A stretch of 64,000 nucleotides of DNA from Lobosporangium transversale (GCF_002105155.1 NW_019028980.1:1302001-1366000), one strand, 5' to 3'; counted from the first letter of the stretch, positions 38,742 to 52,996 are shown. Program-made: numbers and translations. The notes: generated from the letters alone by a model not told the origin.

Positions 38742-41700
38742 GTTTCGTTATGAGAAGTAAGTAGTGAAGGGAAAGGATCAATTGTGATTCGATTGCGATT
38801 GAAGGACTTGAAATACGTCAAAGTAAGGGCGCTAAAAGTAAAGTCGGAAATTTTTAAGAAACTGAAAACTAGGGGATACGAAGTGAAGAATGATTTGATA
38901 GGGATGCGGAATAGATAGTTCGTACAAGACAAAATAATTATTGCCTTGTCAAGGAGCAAGTCTTCAAGGCTGAGGAGTGCTTTTTTCTCGCTCTATCGAT
39001 GAGAAGTAGGAGACTTGAAAAGAGGATAACAGAAGTAAAAATGAGGAAACAAAAAGGAGGATTGTCGATAATGCAGAACCATAATATATGCATAAAAAAA
39101 AAGTGTAACACACATGTCAATGACAAAAAAAGGCAAAGCAAAAACGTTTGAGCCTGCCCACAAGCCAAGTCGCTGGAACCAAGTATTATATTCAATTGAA
39201 TAAATATATAGTCTTAGTATTGCAGCGAAGCATTACATTTATACCTGAAATATTTGGGCTCCGGAAGTTTCCTTGCGCACAAACAGTATATTGCTCGCTT
39301 CGCTGCTCCTGCTTCCACCCGAATGAAAGTCTTAATTTCCCTCAAATAGATGTACTTGGGGCGTTAAACCTTGATGAGCTTTCTGAGGCTTATTCTACTG
39401 GGCTGGGCAAGATCTGTGGACACATGTGGGGCTGCTCAACCCCTTTTTCTCCGCGTGTGCTTTGCCCAACCCCACGCCTCCTTGGTGATTCAGGGTTAAT
39501 TGACATGTATACGTGCCATACCCCTCGAATAGTACACAATTGAGCATCTCATGGCCACACTAAATTAGAGGTCCTTTATTTTTTTTATTTTTTATTTTTT
39601 TAGGTTCAAAAGATAGATTGATAGTTTATACCAATGATGCTACCTCCTGTAGTTTCTTGAGAATAAGCCAAGGATTGGTAATTGGTAATCAAAAAGGCCT
39701 ACTTATCGAAGTACATGTAGTCAATCAAACGCATCGACCTACTTTACCATAAGGATTTGAAGCCAAGTAATCATGTGCAATCAATAATGCATGGGCCCCA
39801 AATACCAGCATTCTCCCTCTTACTTTATTCGAATGTACGCTCTTTCTCCCACATTCAGTGCATCCAACTAAACACATGGGCAGGACCATAGCCGCATTGC
39901 CTTTTCTTGGCGACTTGGAACTCCCTCACACAAAGGTTCGTCCTAACCATTCGCCGACTTTGGCAACGAATGATCTACCCTTTATTCATGTGTAGTATCG
40001 TTTTATTTCCAAAAACTGCTGGATACTAAAGTGTTTTTCTGTTTCAGACGCCTTCAAAAGCTATCCAGAGTAATTTTTTTCTTTGATCTCATAAGAATAA
40101 AACTGGCGCTTCTGGCCCCTTCATCGCTAATTAACCCTGTTAGTAAATAGATAACTATAGAGAATAAAAATGTAGAAAAGAGCATTGCTTTTCCTCGAAC
40201 TGCTTAACTATCATATCATCCTATAACTACATGAATTTAGGGAGTAGTGAGTAATGGTTGGTGAGAGGAGTATAAGCGGTATAAGCCCAGATAGGTTTTT
40301 CAGTAAACTCAGTTGATTTTTGGGGGAAATCAAGGATCATCATATAAAATATAAAAAAAAACACTCTCCACATCCACATGTTCATTGAAATATAGAACAT
40401 GTTGTAAAAATAAAGAGCAAGAGCATGAATAAACGTTTATTTTATTCTTATTTCATTACCTATTAGCATAAACAATCATAGCATCAAAACAAATGACAAC
40501 TTTACAGAACAATCTCTGTTGTGCCCAGTCATGCAAATTTACATCCAATAATTCAAGATGAAAATGCTTCTTTGATAAAGCCCCCAAATAAAGACCCTAT
40601 TGTTATGAAACACAAAAACAAACATCAAGAAATCATTCGATATTTTGATTAAAGCCCTATTTGCCTGTCGGCATATACCAATATTGTAAGTAACTAAAGT
40701 AATATCACGTCCATTCAGTTACTTTGAGTTTTGAAAGGGGTCAAAGAATAAAAACCCTTGTTTAAAGGTGTATATATAAACACATCTCCACATTCCCGCT
40801 TTACTTCACTTGCAGCTCTTTGTATGGTTCCAACGATCCTCACTGCTTACTTTAAATATATTCTAGTAGGAACCACTAGATGACTCCAGCATACCTTACA
40901 ATGTTGCTTTGCCTTGGCATTTGTTTATGTCATAGGATGCTATTGGGAAAAAAATAAAAAATAAAAAATAAAAAAATAAGAGGAAATTTACTTTAAGACG
41001 CGTTTTTTGTGTCTGTGCATGTCATAATTTATTGAAGTGACAAAAAAAAATTGTTTACGCACGTTCCAACCATTCAACATCATTCGCTTTAGACTTTGTT
41101 GCCTACAGATTACATGTTTGCACAAACATAACTTTCCCAAGATACTTTTCTTTTTACTTTTTCATTCCATTTTTTGTGGGGGTGGACCATAGCCAAGGAT
41201 TATTAATTTTTTTTTTTCTCCTCCACAAAAAGAACCTGATCGCCTTCAATGACTTCCTTTGTACAGCCCAATTCATTCGGTCACGAACCCAAATAGTTTT
41301 AAAATGAACGGTAGTTGATTTGATGGCTGATTTTTACATTTCATTCTGTAGACCATATATAGATTCGTAGCCAGATGAACTGGGGCTATAGATTATGTGA
41401 TATCTCGATGATACATATAATACATCCATTCAGGCAACTGTCTCCAAATGTTCTGTTGCAACTCTATGGCTTAAAAGCTGACCTTGAGCTTATTGACCAT
41501 GCGCATGAATTGATATATAGATAATTTCCTTGCCAAGCAGCTCCATCACTTAAAAAAAAATGAAACATTTCACTCGAACATCTGTTCCACACGTGTGAGA
41601 CCCCCATGGCTGATGTTCTGGCTGTTGGAAAGGAAAAAAAAAAAATCTATACCTTAACGAATGAATTAACACGCAATATATGTACTCTTTATTAATATTA

Positions 41701-43784
41701 TAGTTTACCATCGATATTCAATAACGCGACTAGATCTATTTTAGCCTCGCGTTCCATGCCAAGGTCTTTCCCTCCAGTAACCTTTTCATTTATTCCATCC
41801 GTATTTATACCTGTTTCACTCACCGTACTAGCGTCGTTTATTTCTGAAGCATGCATCAGCTCAATAGACTGCAATAGTAACTGATCAAGGCGCCTATCAA
41901 CGGGCGAATTTATCCAATAACCTTATTTTAAGCCACACTCTCTTCCAACATTTGCAGGGTCATTTTGATCTGTTGGATTGACAAAAGGCGTTGAAGAGCC
42001 CAAGTTCCTCACCCTTTGAGCTCAATTCATTGCCTTGCCTGAATCGGATTATAAATCTCTCCTCATATATTCGCAGTTAATCCAAGCCCTCCCCCTTAGT
42101 ATCTTCCGCCTCTTTTTCCCAAATAGGATGCTCGATGCAACTATGTCATGCACAAACAGCAAGTGGGAAATGCTAGAATTTAGCTGTTACATAAACAGTG
42201 CTTTGCCCAATCTCTAGATTGTTCCTTGTAGAAGAACTACATAATATAAATAGTTGTCTCCGTAGTCCTAGCTAGACTTTCCTCAGCAATAATAAAATCA
42301 ACCATAATCCTAGACCCTTGGCCCCTTGACCTATACTTTTGCAGGTCGTGTGTGGACATTTGGAGAGAGAAGCTTTTGACATTGATCACTCTTACAGACC
42401 TACAAAGAAAACCTCAGGCCATCTTCCACTGAACGTGTGGGACAGGGAGAATGACATAATATATTCCAGTGCATGACACTCCAAGATAAAAACACTAAGT
42501 GACCAAGACTTCAAATTCATCCTAGACTATTTCATTTGCTTAAGCTTCGTGTTTTACATGGATTTATGATTCCAAAACAATTGGACAAAATTGTCCTACA
42601 AACCTTTCGGTTTTAGGTATCGACACATCTGTATGGTCTGGAACTCTAGACCAACATAAAAAAAGAATAGTTTATAATGTTCATGTTTGCTCGAAAGGCA
42701 GGCTTACTAACCCTATCTGTCTTGCATAATTCTTGAATGATATCATGTGGTTTTTTTAATCACAAGGGTCATGGTCATGGGGTATGTTTGCATCACGTAT
42801 AAAATGAACCTTTTCTGCATCACCTTTTCAACTCTTTGCCATTCTTCCCTCACATATTTCTCTCTGCAACACAATCAGTTAGGCCCAACCTTGAGCCACA
42901 AAGGTTGAGAATTGGAAACCACTGAGGAACCGCCAAGAGTCATTTCCACCATACATTATGGTGTAAAGGCCCATATGCACCATCGATATATAATATCTGC
43001 GGTGTGAACTGTAGCTACGAAGTTAATGAGAAACTCATAACTGCGTGGATAAAAAGTAAGCAGGATATACTATCCTTCCTACCTTTGACAGTAAGCCAAT
43101 ATACTTAGTATATTGAAGAGTAGAACGAGGGGCCCGCCTAAGGCAGGTCAATGAAGAATGTGCCCATCCATTCGTGACATGATTTGTCTCGGGTAAGGAA
43201 GCTATGATAGAAAAAAAAAAAAAAAGGATGTCTATCTTTACGTTCTTAGCCATTAACCATTATTCATAACTCATAAACCTCTTTTAATTACATCTCTTGA
43301 AGAATGTGTCTATGCTAAGGTAGCCAGGAGACGGTTTCCCAGCAAGTTCAAGTACCGCGTGGCCAGTTGGTCCGTTGTACCGGATGCGACCTAGTCGCTT
43401 GATACGATTTTTTCGCTTGTTCGGCCATGTGGAGTCCACAGGTCTAATAAAGTCAGAATTCTTGACCATGTATACCAATCGTCATGAACATGATTGACTT
43501 GATATGTGTGTTGTGTATTATGTATGGCGGCTGCTCGGCATCTGTTGTATTATTTCCGTATCTGCCTGGACTTGGCAGTAATTAGCAGAATTGTTTTGGT
43601 TTCTCTTGAATGGCCGCCATCCAGGGAGCTAGCTAGATTTACTGGAGTTCACTGCATTGTTCAAAACAAGACTATTCTACTGGTACTCAGCCAACTCTCA
43701 AAATGTGATGTAAAACAACGTCTAAAGACACTTCAATAAAATTATGAGACGGAGAATAGGATATTCTAGCCTCTTCTATGTACT

Positions 43785-44335
43785 GGCGACTGTTCGGACT
43801 CCATCTGATACTGTACAAACACCTGAACACTGCCACATGCTATTGGCTACTCTATGTCCCTTAAACAATATTCTTAGCATACATCCGAACTTTTGCAAGG
43901 GATGTGTCAATACTTCGACAAACAAATAACATTTAATGGCTACATCACAGCCCTTGGATTGTGGAAGCGCTGAAAGTATGCGGAAAACGGGAACCATTTG
44001 TGTTTTTACTAGCAACAAGCGTGGTTTCAAAAAAGTGTGCCTCCAAGGAACAAGTCCTATATCCTTCATTGCTCAAAAGAGACAATCTTGTCTTTTCTGC
44101 ACCCCAAAAGCTCGCCATAATCCTATTGAAGCGTTCAGAGGCAATATTTGCCTCATAGTTTGAGGATTAGCAGACTTTCAGTCAAGCTTTATTGTTTTGA
44201 ACAAACACAGTAAATCCTGTCCATTCGAAGTTAGTCCCTTTGGATGGCAGCTATTCAGGGGATGCTAATCATTTCCGCTAAATTGCGGTGAAATCAGAGC
44301 AGATTTGGAAAACCAACAAGCACCGAACAGTCGCC
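43785..44335. mobile_element. 551-bp MITE, copy 1 (Tourist/PIF-Harbinger-like TIR)
   Basis: Begins GGCGACTGTTCGG and ends CCGAACAGTCGCC. Near-identical direct copy at 54593-55143. No real coding capacity. Confidence 0.85.
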
Positions 44336-44365
44336 TTAACAAGTGAGCGAGGATCTCTATGGCGC

Positions 44366-44435
44366 GCACGGACCATGGGGCGACTTTTCAAATTCTTTTT
44401 ATAAAGAAGAAATCCAAAGTCGTCCCCGGCTAAAC
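44366..44435. repeat. CRN-associated hairpin site S2 (185 bp after the CRN B stop)
   Basis: GCACGG-ACCA-T-GGGGCGACTTT...AAAGTCGTCCC-CGGC-TAAAC. Direct repeat of 46797-46863 with 7 substitutions and a 3-nt indel. Confidence 0.9.
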
Positions 44436-44620
44436 ATTTCACCGAGGTGGAACAATGAAACGGATTCACAGTTTTGAACAGAACAGCTTCCATAGCTATG
44501 AATGAATGAATGGATACTTGAGTGGATTGACAATGGCGATTGAAATAGCGCCTTTTGTGATGCAGATGTATAATACAAGTCTTTTATTGACTGTCCAAAA
44601 TTTCGAGTTGATTTAGGTGA

Positions 44621-47374
44621 CTACGACATATAAGCCCGAAATAACTTCGACTTGAGTTCATCGTAGCATATATGTCTGATTTGAGGATATTCGATGACTT
44701 TGCCTGTGTGATTAGGAGACCCTGCATTTTTATCAGCTTTATTTCCACCACAGATGTAGACAATTTGAAAGTCATTGCAGGGCTTTCCATCTCTTGTGAC
44801 TGCAAACTTCTTGACGGTCTTTCTTTTCTTACTGCTCCCTTCATCATTCTTGTTGTTATCACTACTCTCATCATTTCCCTTTCTTTTCTTAATTCCGGCA
44901 TTGGTTCCTTTGCCATCGCTCTGGTTGTTACCTCTCCCCCTATTCCCCCTATTGCTCTTATTGCCCTTTCTCTTGTCATTACTGGCTATATTGTCGTTCT
45001 CGTCATCAGCAGGTTCTTCAGTCATAGTTGCTTGGTGAACACCACCAAATGCAGCATCCAAATATTCCTCAATCTGGTTCTTACCTGTGGCTTCCCTTTT
45101 CGAAAATGCCTTGTCAATGTATACTGAACCTGTTGGGTCGTTATGGACCGTGAACGAACTAACCGACACTTGGATGAACATGTAGCCCAATATAAAATCG
45201 AATCGTGCATACGAGCCTCCGTTTATCAGGATCTTTTTGCCATCTTCTCCTATAGTTTCAAGCATCCTTGGTGGCGTTCCTATTAGCTCGTATCCCGAGA
45301 TATTGAAAATAATATCCATCTCGTTAGTGCCCGCAAGATCCGTTGACTGGAACGTATGAGACTCTCCTCTAATAAGCTCCCGAAATAGGGCCTCTTGAAA
45401 TTGGTTCCCATCGCTTGGATAGTTATATCCTTCCGGATTCCTTGGAGCGCGTGGAAATAAGTTGATGCCGCATTGGAATAGAAATCGAAGCATACTTTGT
45501 CGTGTGCTATTAAGCCGCTGTCGATCTGCTCCACCGTGGGCTGTTCTCCTTTTATGCGTTTTATTGAATCAATCAAACTGACCAAATCGCCCGGTACTCG
45601 GTTGGTAATCCTAATAACAGTGTTCTTACGACTCTCGAGATTCCTTTGAGTTGTCAAATCGAGGTGAGAAATGACAATTTTAAATAGTTTTTCGAACGTG
45701 TCTGGCGACAAAGGCCCGACATAAACGAGATAAAAGTCTGAATCATTGAGGATGGTCCTTTCAAACTTGCCATGTGCACTGCCTGTGAACACAACACACG
45801 CTCCACTATTTACACCACTCGCCCAAGTGTTGAAGCTATCCAGAGAAGCCAGGATAGGAAGCCTACTTGTTGCATGAGCTTTGTCGCTAGGAAACAGAGC
45901 ACCATGCTCATCGACAATGAAGAGAGTCTTTTCCCCTTGTTGTTGGAGTAAGTCTCCTAATATGTGCTCGGCAATAGCTTCCACACTCCCACAATTTGCC
46001 ATGGTGGAGAGCTCTTTTGCAGTCAAGATATCCTTATTGAGATCTAGGAAGCGTTGACAAATCACTCTTGATGCCTCACATTCTCCTGACAAACAGCAAG
46101 GGCCCTTGCGTCAGCGATGTAAAGAACTGGCCAGCCATGAGCATATGCCTTAGCGGCAAGAAACCAGGTTATATAGGACTTCCCGACTCCCATAGGGCCA
46201 GACAAACATTTTGTAAACGCCAAACCAGACTTCTCGGCCATCGCTTCCCATAATTCCATCATCTGCTCGGTAACAAGATCTTGACTCTCTAATCCAAAGA
46301 GCTTTGGCTTATGACCAAGGGCTTTTATCTGTATCTGATCGCCAGCCTTAACATCCTTCAGTAATGAGAACTCCAAACGACTGTCCGGCTGGAAGTTGGT
46401 ACTATTGAGCATATCTGTCAGGAACTTGGGTAAAGATACTGTCTTCCCATTGGCTAAAGTATAAACTTCTCGGGGTTCCGAGGGGCCAAGGCGCTTTGTA
46501 GAGTGCTCTTTGAGCATATTAAATAGCAGGACTGACATGAGTATGAAATAAACAAACTTCCTCAAGAATCATCAAAACTATGAGCGGGATAAACTCACCT
46601 TCTAAATCTCCGTCTCCTGTGTCTTCTAGGTTCCTTTTTGGGCTTCTTGGGGCTGTTTAAAATCCATGCAATAAATAAACAAGAGGATAGTTAGATAGGG
46701 CCTTGATAAAAGTACTTGTATGCGATAGGGCAGTGGGAAGCCGAAATAAGCCCAAGTAAAAAGGCTCGCGAGAGGACAGTGAGAGTCAGAGTATAGGCAC
46801 GAACCATGGGGCGACTTTTCAAATTCTTTTTATAAAGAAATCCAAAGCCGCCCCTGGTTAGATAGTTTAGCCATGATACATCTCAAACATAAAGAGCTGT
46901 TTTGAATTACATCAATGACGTCATGAATGACAATAAGCTTCGTCAATTAAAAATATCAACAGCCATCAGTCCATCAAGAGCTAAATACATACCTGGCGGC
47001 GGCAGCTTGACAATGATGTGAATGCGACCTTTTGCTGCACCTTTTGGAAAATAAGTGCTGAGTTCTTCAAGTTCATCGAGCACTACAAGCGATTCTTCGG
47101 ATAATGTTTCCAATCCTTTCTTCGTTGTGCCGCCGGGGATGAGCTTGAGAGTGAGCTTCTCCGGTGGGATATCACCAAATCTAGCAGGCGAATAGATGGC
47201 TTGCTTGAGTTCATCAACTGAACGATTGGAAAGAATGTTTACAGAAAAAGGCGCTGCTTCTCCATCAACAATACAATAAATCTTTAGGTTGGTTGGCTCT
47301 TTCTCAACCTCTCTTTCTCTTTCAATCGAACCACGTCTAGATGGACCATTTGGTGTTGTTGTTCCGCTTCCCAT
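44621..47374 (-). pseudogene. Crinkler (CRN) family effector, locus B: ubiquitin-like head + NTPase + REase-like domain; frameshifted as assembled
   Basis: Exons 47374-46993, 46652-46599 and 46507-44621. Head LKIYCIVDGE...IHIIVKLPP, Walker A GPMGVGKS, Walker B FIVDEH, REase-like RFDFILGYMFIQVS. Frameshifts near 46090 and 45410. Confidence 0.85.
46797..46863. repeat. CRN-associated hairpin site S3 inside intron 1 (46992-46653) of CRN B
   Basis: GCACGA-ACCA-T-GGGGCGACTTT...AAAGCCGCCCC-TGGT-TAGAT. Confidence 0.9.
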
Positions 47375-47973
47375 TATGATTTCAAAACTGTTTAAAAACA
47401 AGGGCGTAAATGGACGGAGGACAGAAAACCGGAAAAGTTTGATCAAAATGTTAGGTATGGTAAGTCAGTAGCAGGATGGTTCAAAATTGTGACAATGTAA
47501 GCTGTGGAGATAAAGGTGAGGGAGGAAAAGAAAAAAAAAAAAAAAAAAAAGGAAAAAAATGGCAATGAATGAAGGCTTGGACAAAATGAAAAAGGAAGAG
47601 AGGGAGGAAGGAGAGCAAACTTGACGGGAGCAAAACCGGAGGGAAATAAGAAAAAAGTGAAAAAATAAAGGAAGAGGAAGTGAAGCAAGTTAAAGAAAGA
47701 GCGACAATTGATAAATTTGTTCCATTATTTCAAAGTTGGGCTGTGCTGTGTGTGAGAAAATATTTTTTTCTTGATGTGACGTATTATATAACATCAAACA
47801 CTCTTGTTTTCACCACACAATCGAAAGTATGCACACCCATTCTTCACCCTACATTCATCCCACTATGAACATGTCTAATACTCCCTCATTCCAAGAACAA
47901 GAAGCTGTTACTGATATTGTAAGTGTTCAAACGCGAATAATATTTTTTGTATCAGTGCTTTCTTGGTGAAATA
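47375..47973. repeat. CRN upstream/promoter block, second copy, including the start of the divergent gene
   Basis: Homologous to 4160-4915 with indels; homology stops at the retroelement edge at ~47974. Confidence 0.92.
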
Positions 47974-50900
47974 TGCCAGGATCATAATAAGTAACGAGAA
48001 CGAAAGAAAGATGTGTTTATTATGATCCTGGGATCTTCGTTAAATAAAAAGAGTAAAAATCTTAGCTATAGTAAAAACCCATATAAATGACTGCTAATCG
48101 CAACATAACTACTCCCCCAGACGAGCGTCCAGGTAAGAGCGAGTGCTTACAAAGCTTGGAAGGAAAATATATAAAATCTTCCTATTAGGATAATTAGTAT
48201 CGAAGGAAAAGTATAAAAACCTTCTTGTTTGAAAATAAATAAATTAATTCTTTGAAGGAAAATAAATAAAACCTTCAGCGTCTGCATTTCTTTTTAGATG
48301 CGACCATAAAAAAAGGATAAAAATAATAAAACCTTAAGTTTGATTTGATAGTGAGGAAAACGTTCATGCTTGTTAAGATATGCGTACAAAAACCTCAGTG
48401 AAGCTACATTCGTTTTTGCTTCTACTTTCTGTTCTTTTGTCTTTTCTGAACCCTTGACTCTACAACTGTTGCGGGTTGCTTCCTCTTAGCCATTTTGGCA
48501 ATCATATGAGGGTTTTGCTGATTAAGCTTTTTATAGTACTTATTGATCATTGCTTTGGAGTCAAAGTCTTCGTACCTAAGTTGCGAGTTGTGCTTATCGT
48601 CATACCCTTTCCACTTAACTGTGTACAGTGTCTCTCCCCCCTTAGAAGTTTCATGACTCAAGATAGCTTCGACTTCATAATGATCATCGGCATCATCCGA
48701 AGCATCAAGTGGTCGATCCACTAGCTTAAGCTGTTCAGGAGCAAAATTACGAGGTAGTAGTTGTCTCATCGCGTCACGGAGAACATATGTACCACGAACA
48801 GTGCGGCGAACTACTTGAAACGGCCCAATGTACTTATTATCAAGTGTACTATTAGCCAAGGGGTCTTTGATCATCACATAGGCGGCAATAGGAAAGTCAG
48901 TTATAAAATGATTTGAGTTGAATTTATCCACCATTTTCTGCTGCGAGGCTGTACTCTTATCTGCAATAGCAGGGAATAAAAGGTCAGTAAGATACTTTAA
49001 GCGCTCATTCAATTCTGATTCAGATAGCAATCGTGATTTCGATACCGAGAAGTCAGATATGCCGGCGAAAGATCGACCATAAAACAGCGCAAAAGGCGCC
49101 GAGCCATGAAGGCTAGAAGCTCTAGTATTCATTTGTAACTGGACCATAGGAAGCTGGTCATCCCATTTAGTGATTTCGCCTTGAATAGATTTCTGCAAGA
49201 GATCTTTAAGGGTACGGACATTACGTTCTGCTAATCCATTGGCCCGAGGATGATAAGGCGTTGTAAGCCTATGATCAATCTTAAGCTTGGTAGTTAACAA
49301 TCTGACAACAGAGTTGACAAATTCAGTCCCATTATCACTCTGGATAATTTTAGGGAACCCAATGGAGCAGAATAATTTGAAAAGTCGAGCGGCGACAGTA
49401 ACCGCATTCCGATTAGGTAGTGGTTCGATAAAAACAAACCTCGTGCATGCATCTACGGCGAGAAGAGCGTATTCGTTGCCTGCGTCACTGACAGGAAATT
49501 GGGCTAGGTCAATGTCTATGTGCTCGCCTGGTAGAGTAGCATGTATCGCTTTGAGTGGATGATAGCCTTTACGCACGATATTATAGTGCTGGCAAGCAGA
49601 GCATTGTCTTATCCACTGATTGCAGGCTTCACGCATTTTGGGCCAGTTATACCCTTGCTGCTGCAATGATACAACCATGGCATTAATGCCAAGGTGTCCA
49701 AAGCTGTGTGTATCTTTCAAAAGTTGCTTTTGCTGATCATCAGTAGGCGTCACTCGTTGCACTTCTTGATCTTGAATCTGGTGCACATAAGGTAAAGAAG
49801 TATTAAAACTTTCAATCCTTGGAATAAGATCTGCTGATTGCGTAACTATTGGAGGATCAGTTGTGTCAATGGAGCGTAAGCTGCGTCTTGTTGATACTGC
49901 AGATACTCTTGTAGACTCTGATTGAGAAGACTCTGGATGGGTCGGACTATTTTATCGGGCCCATAATTCATCAGGAAAAGCTCTCGATAGCGCACCAGGA
50001 ATAATGTTCAGCAATCCAGGTCTGTAGATGCATTGGAAATCATAGCTGAGAAGGGTTTCTCTCCAGTCCGCTAAGATCTGTGAAAGTTCCTTTTGTTCAT
50101 GAATATAAGTGAGTGGTTTGTGATCAGTGTATAGGGTGAATTTGCGACCCCATAAGTAGTAGTGAAACTTTTTGCAAGCATAGATAATGCCTAAAAGTTC
50201 TTTCTTATATGCTGGGTAGTTGCGTTCGTGGTTCTTTAAAGCTCTAGCCATAAAAGAAATATAATTGACTTTGGTTCCATCTTCAGGACCATTTGGTAAT
50301 TGGTAAAGCACTGCGCCAATGCCTAGATTGGACGCGTCAGTGGCCACATAAAGGGGCTGAGAGAAATCAGGGAATGACAATACAGGTGCTGATACGATGA
50401 GCTGTTTCAACTGATTAAAACAACGCATTTCTAAATCACCAAGTGTAAAGTGTCCTTTGACGTTTCTCAATTTATCCAAAGGTGCTGCCAAAGTACTAAA
50501 GAGGGGTATGTATTCTCTGAAGTAGTTAAACATCCCAAGGTATCTTTGTACCATTTTGCCATCGGTGGGAGGAGCCCATGATTGAACATTAGCAACTTTT
50601 TCTGGATTAATCCTTCTACCATTTGTATCGATGACGAACCCGAGCAACAAAACTTCCATGCGGAGGAAATTGCTTTTTTCCTTATTGATAATCAGATTGG
50701 CACTTGTCAATAGTTTGATCACCATTTTGACATGTTCAGTGTGCTCTTCAATGCTGTCGGAGAAAATGACAATGTCATCAACATAAACGCTAACGAAGTG
50801 AAGATATCCAAGCAATTGAGATATTCCTCTTTGGAATATACTGGTCATAGGCTTCAACCCAAAAGGAGCACGAGCAAACATATATTGTTTGTTCATATGC

Positions 50901-52996
50901 TTAAATGCCGTGTAGGGTTGGCTTTTCTCATCCAGAGGTAATCTATGATATGCTTGTGACAAGTCAATTGTAGTAAAATACTTATGACCTGCAGCTCGTT
51001 CCAATATTTCGGAAATGATAGGGATAGGAAAGTTATCAATATCCACGAGCTGCTTGTTCAGCGTTCTTGGGTCAAGACAGACTCTGTATTTAATAATTTC
51101 GCCTTCTAAATTCTTCCTTGCTGCTAGTGTGAGAGAGTTATTATAAGGATTGCCCTTAAGCGCCTCATTATAACTCCGCTGTCTAACCAATTCTGTACGG
51201 TGGTATTGACTTCATCCATTTCTACTTGCGCGTAGAACCTACGAGAGCGTTCTTGGATCACACAGTCATCTCTGACTTTTAGATGGACTCTCATAATGTC
51301 TAGTGGACAGTGACTCTTAGGGTCAATCTGGCTATTAGAGCAAAGGAAGGGATAAATGGCTAATAAGAACTGCTTCTTCTGTTCGACGAATTCAGTTTCT
51401 AACTCTTGGTCTTTCATAGTGGAGGGCACAAGTGGCGGTTTACTTTCATCATCTAATAAATCATCTGCCTTTTCAGCAACAGCTGTAGCTATGCCATGGA
51501 TCCCAAAGCCGAAGCGATAAAATAGATCCATTCCGATAAGGAAGTCGTAATAGCCCATAGGCATCACACTGACTCTGCATTCTACTGTTCGGTGATTACA
51601 AGAGAGAGTAATAGCATCTACTGTGCCGACATTTTGAAAACCAGTAGTGTCGTCTGCAAATTTAATTACAGTATTTTTCGAGGTTGCAGTCCTTATTTTG
51701 AGGTCTTTGGCTACTTCTCGACTGATGAAGGATACGTTGGAACCAGGATCAAATAAAGCCGTGTACAATAGGCCATTTATAGTTATGGGAACAGATATTC
51801 TGTTGTCTTCCGGTTCAGGTCCTCTATAACCAATATTTCTATTAGGTTTGGGATCCGCATAATTGTCATGCGGATGTGGTGCTTTTGATTGTGATTTTTT
51901 AGAATTTGATACAAAATCCAACAACTGATCTATGTCCTTTATAGCGTCTAAGGACTTGAATTCTCCGAAGACTCTTTCCTGACCGGCATCGGACAACGTC
52001 GTTATGACCTTGCCGTAAAGGAGCACGCCCATGGGCTGTAGCCCACCAGCTTCAACAATTGACTCTATTCTGTCCGCGAAGGTATTGGCATCTTCGTGAG
52101 GCAAGACAGTAAGGTCTGTAATTTGGCAAGTGATCCAGGATCGAATTAAATCGAGCTTCAGGATCAAATGGATGCTCCTTTTGACTTGCTTCCAAGAGCG
52201 ATCGCCATAAGCTTCTGTCTTTATCAGGCGGTTGTACTTGTTATCCAAGCGGATCTGTTCTAGAGCAAATCCCATGTACCGCCAAGCTAAGTCCTCGAAG
52301 AGATCGTCCGTCAGGAAGTTATGGTAGTACGTCTCGAAAGCCTTGAGGAAGTCGATAACAGTTCTTGCCACCTTTAGAGCTATTTCTTTCTCAGGTACAT
52401 TGTCCAACTGGAATTTAAGCGTAGGGGCATTCGCTTTCTTCTCCAGCTCGACCCTTGAGAAGTCGATTTCTTTGGTAGTTATGTCTAGGACAGGGACCCG
52501 TTTGTAGTTGAAAACTCGGATCAATGCAGCATGTTTCTTGATTTCATAATCAGGTGCGATATCAAGACTGCCGCTGTCCTGCATATCAACATCGCTGGGA
52601 GAAGAAGCGGCTCGTTGCTTGACAATCCGTTGACGTTCCTTGCAGATGGCTTCCTGGGCTTCAAGGTGATCTTTGATAAGCTTATAATGGGCTTCAGCCG
52701 CGTCATAGTCTTTTGTAGGGATTTGAGCTGATTGTGAAATTCTCGCTGAGCTTCTTGCTCTTCTGGGGAGCGAGGTCGTAATTTAGATTTTTGGTTATTA
52801 TTGTAGTTGGTGAGCAGGCGAGTTTTTTCGTCCATACATTGCTGTCTTTCCGCATCAGCCTCTTGGAGAGACTGCTCAAGTTCAATAAGGCTTGGGGAGA
52901 CAAGTTTACTTCAATTGTCGAGGGCATCGCAACGGTAGGGTTTTGAGCTTCAACGACAAAGGAAGAAGGAGTGGAATTGATTGAAGTAGAGTTCAT
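47974..52996 (-). mobile_element. Ty3/Gypsy chromovirus LTR retrotransposon, disrupted and apparently lacking its 5' LTR
   Basis: Order Gag-PR (LFDPGS)-RT (YVDD)-RNaseH (ATDAS)-IN (HSFGH..CSAC, DID/SDNG/AERN, GPF)-chromodomain (YEVEAIL..YTVKWKGY). In-frame TAA at 49952-49954 and frameshifts near 51170 and in gag. PPT-like GGGGGAG at ~48112-48118 precedes a short putative 3' LTR ending in CA at 47974. Confidence 0.93.

Noticed and set aside
39200..43780. Possible decayed genes or a further CRN cassette beyond site S2
   Set aside because: Only short unrecognisable open stretches; I could not support any call by eye.
43776..44163. Duplicated short ORFs (also 54500-54971) as a gene family or KDZ transposase
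   Set aside because: They fall inside the non-coding MITE copies and have no convincing motifs.
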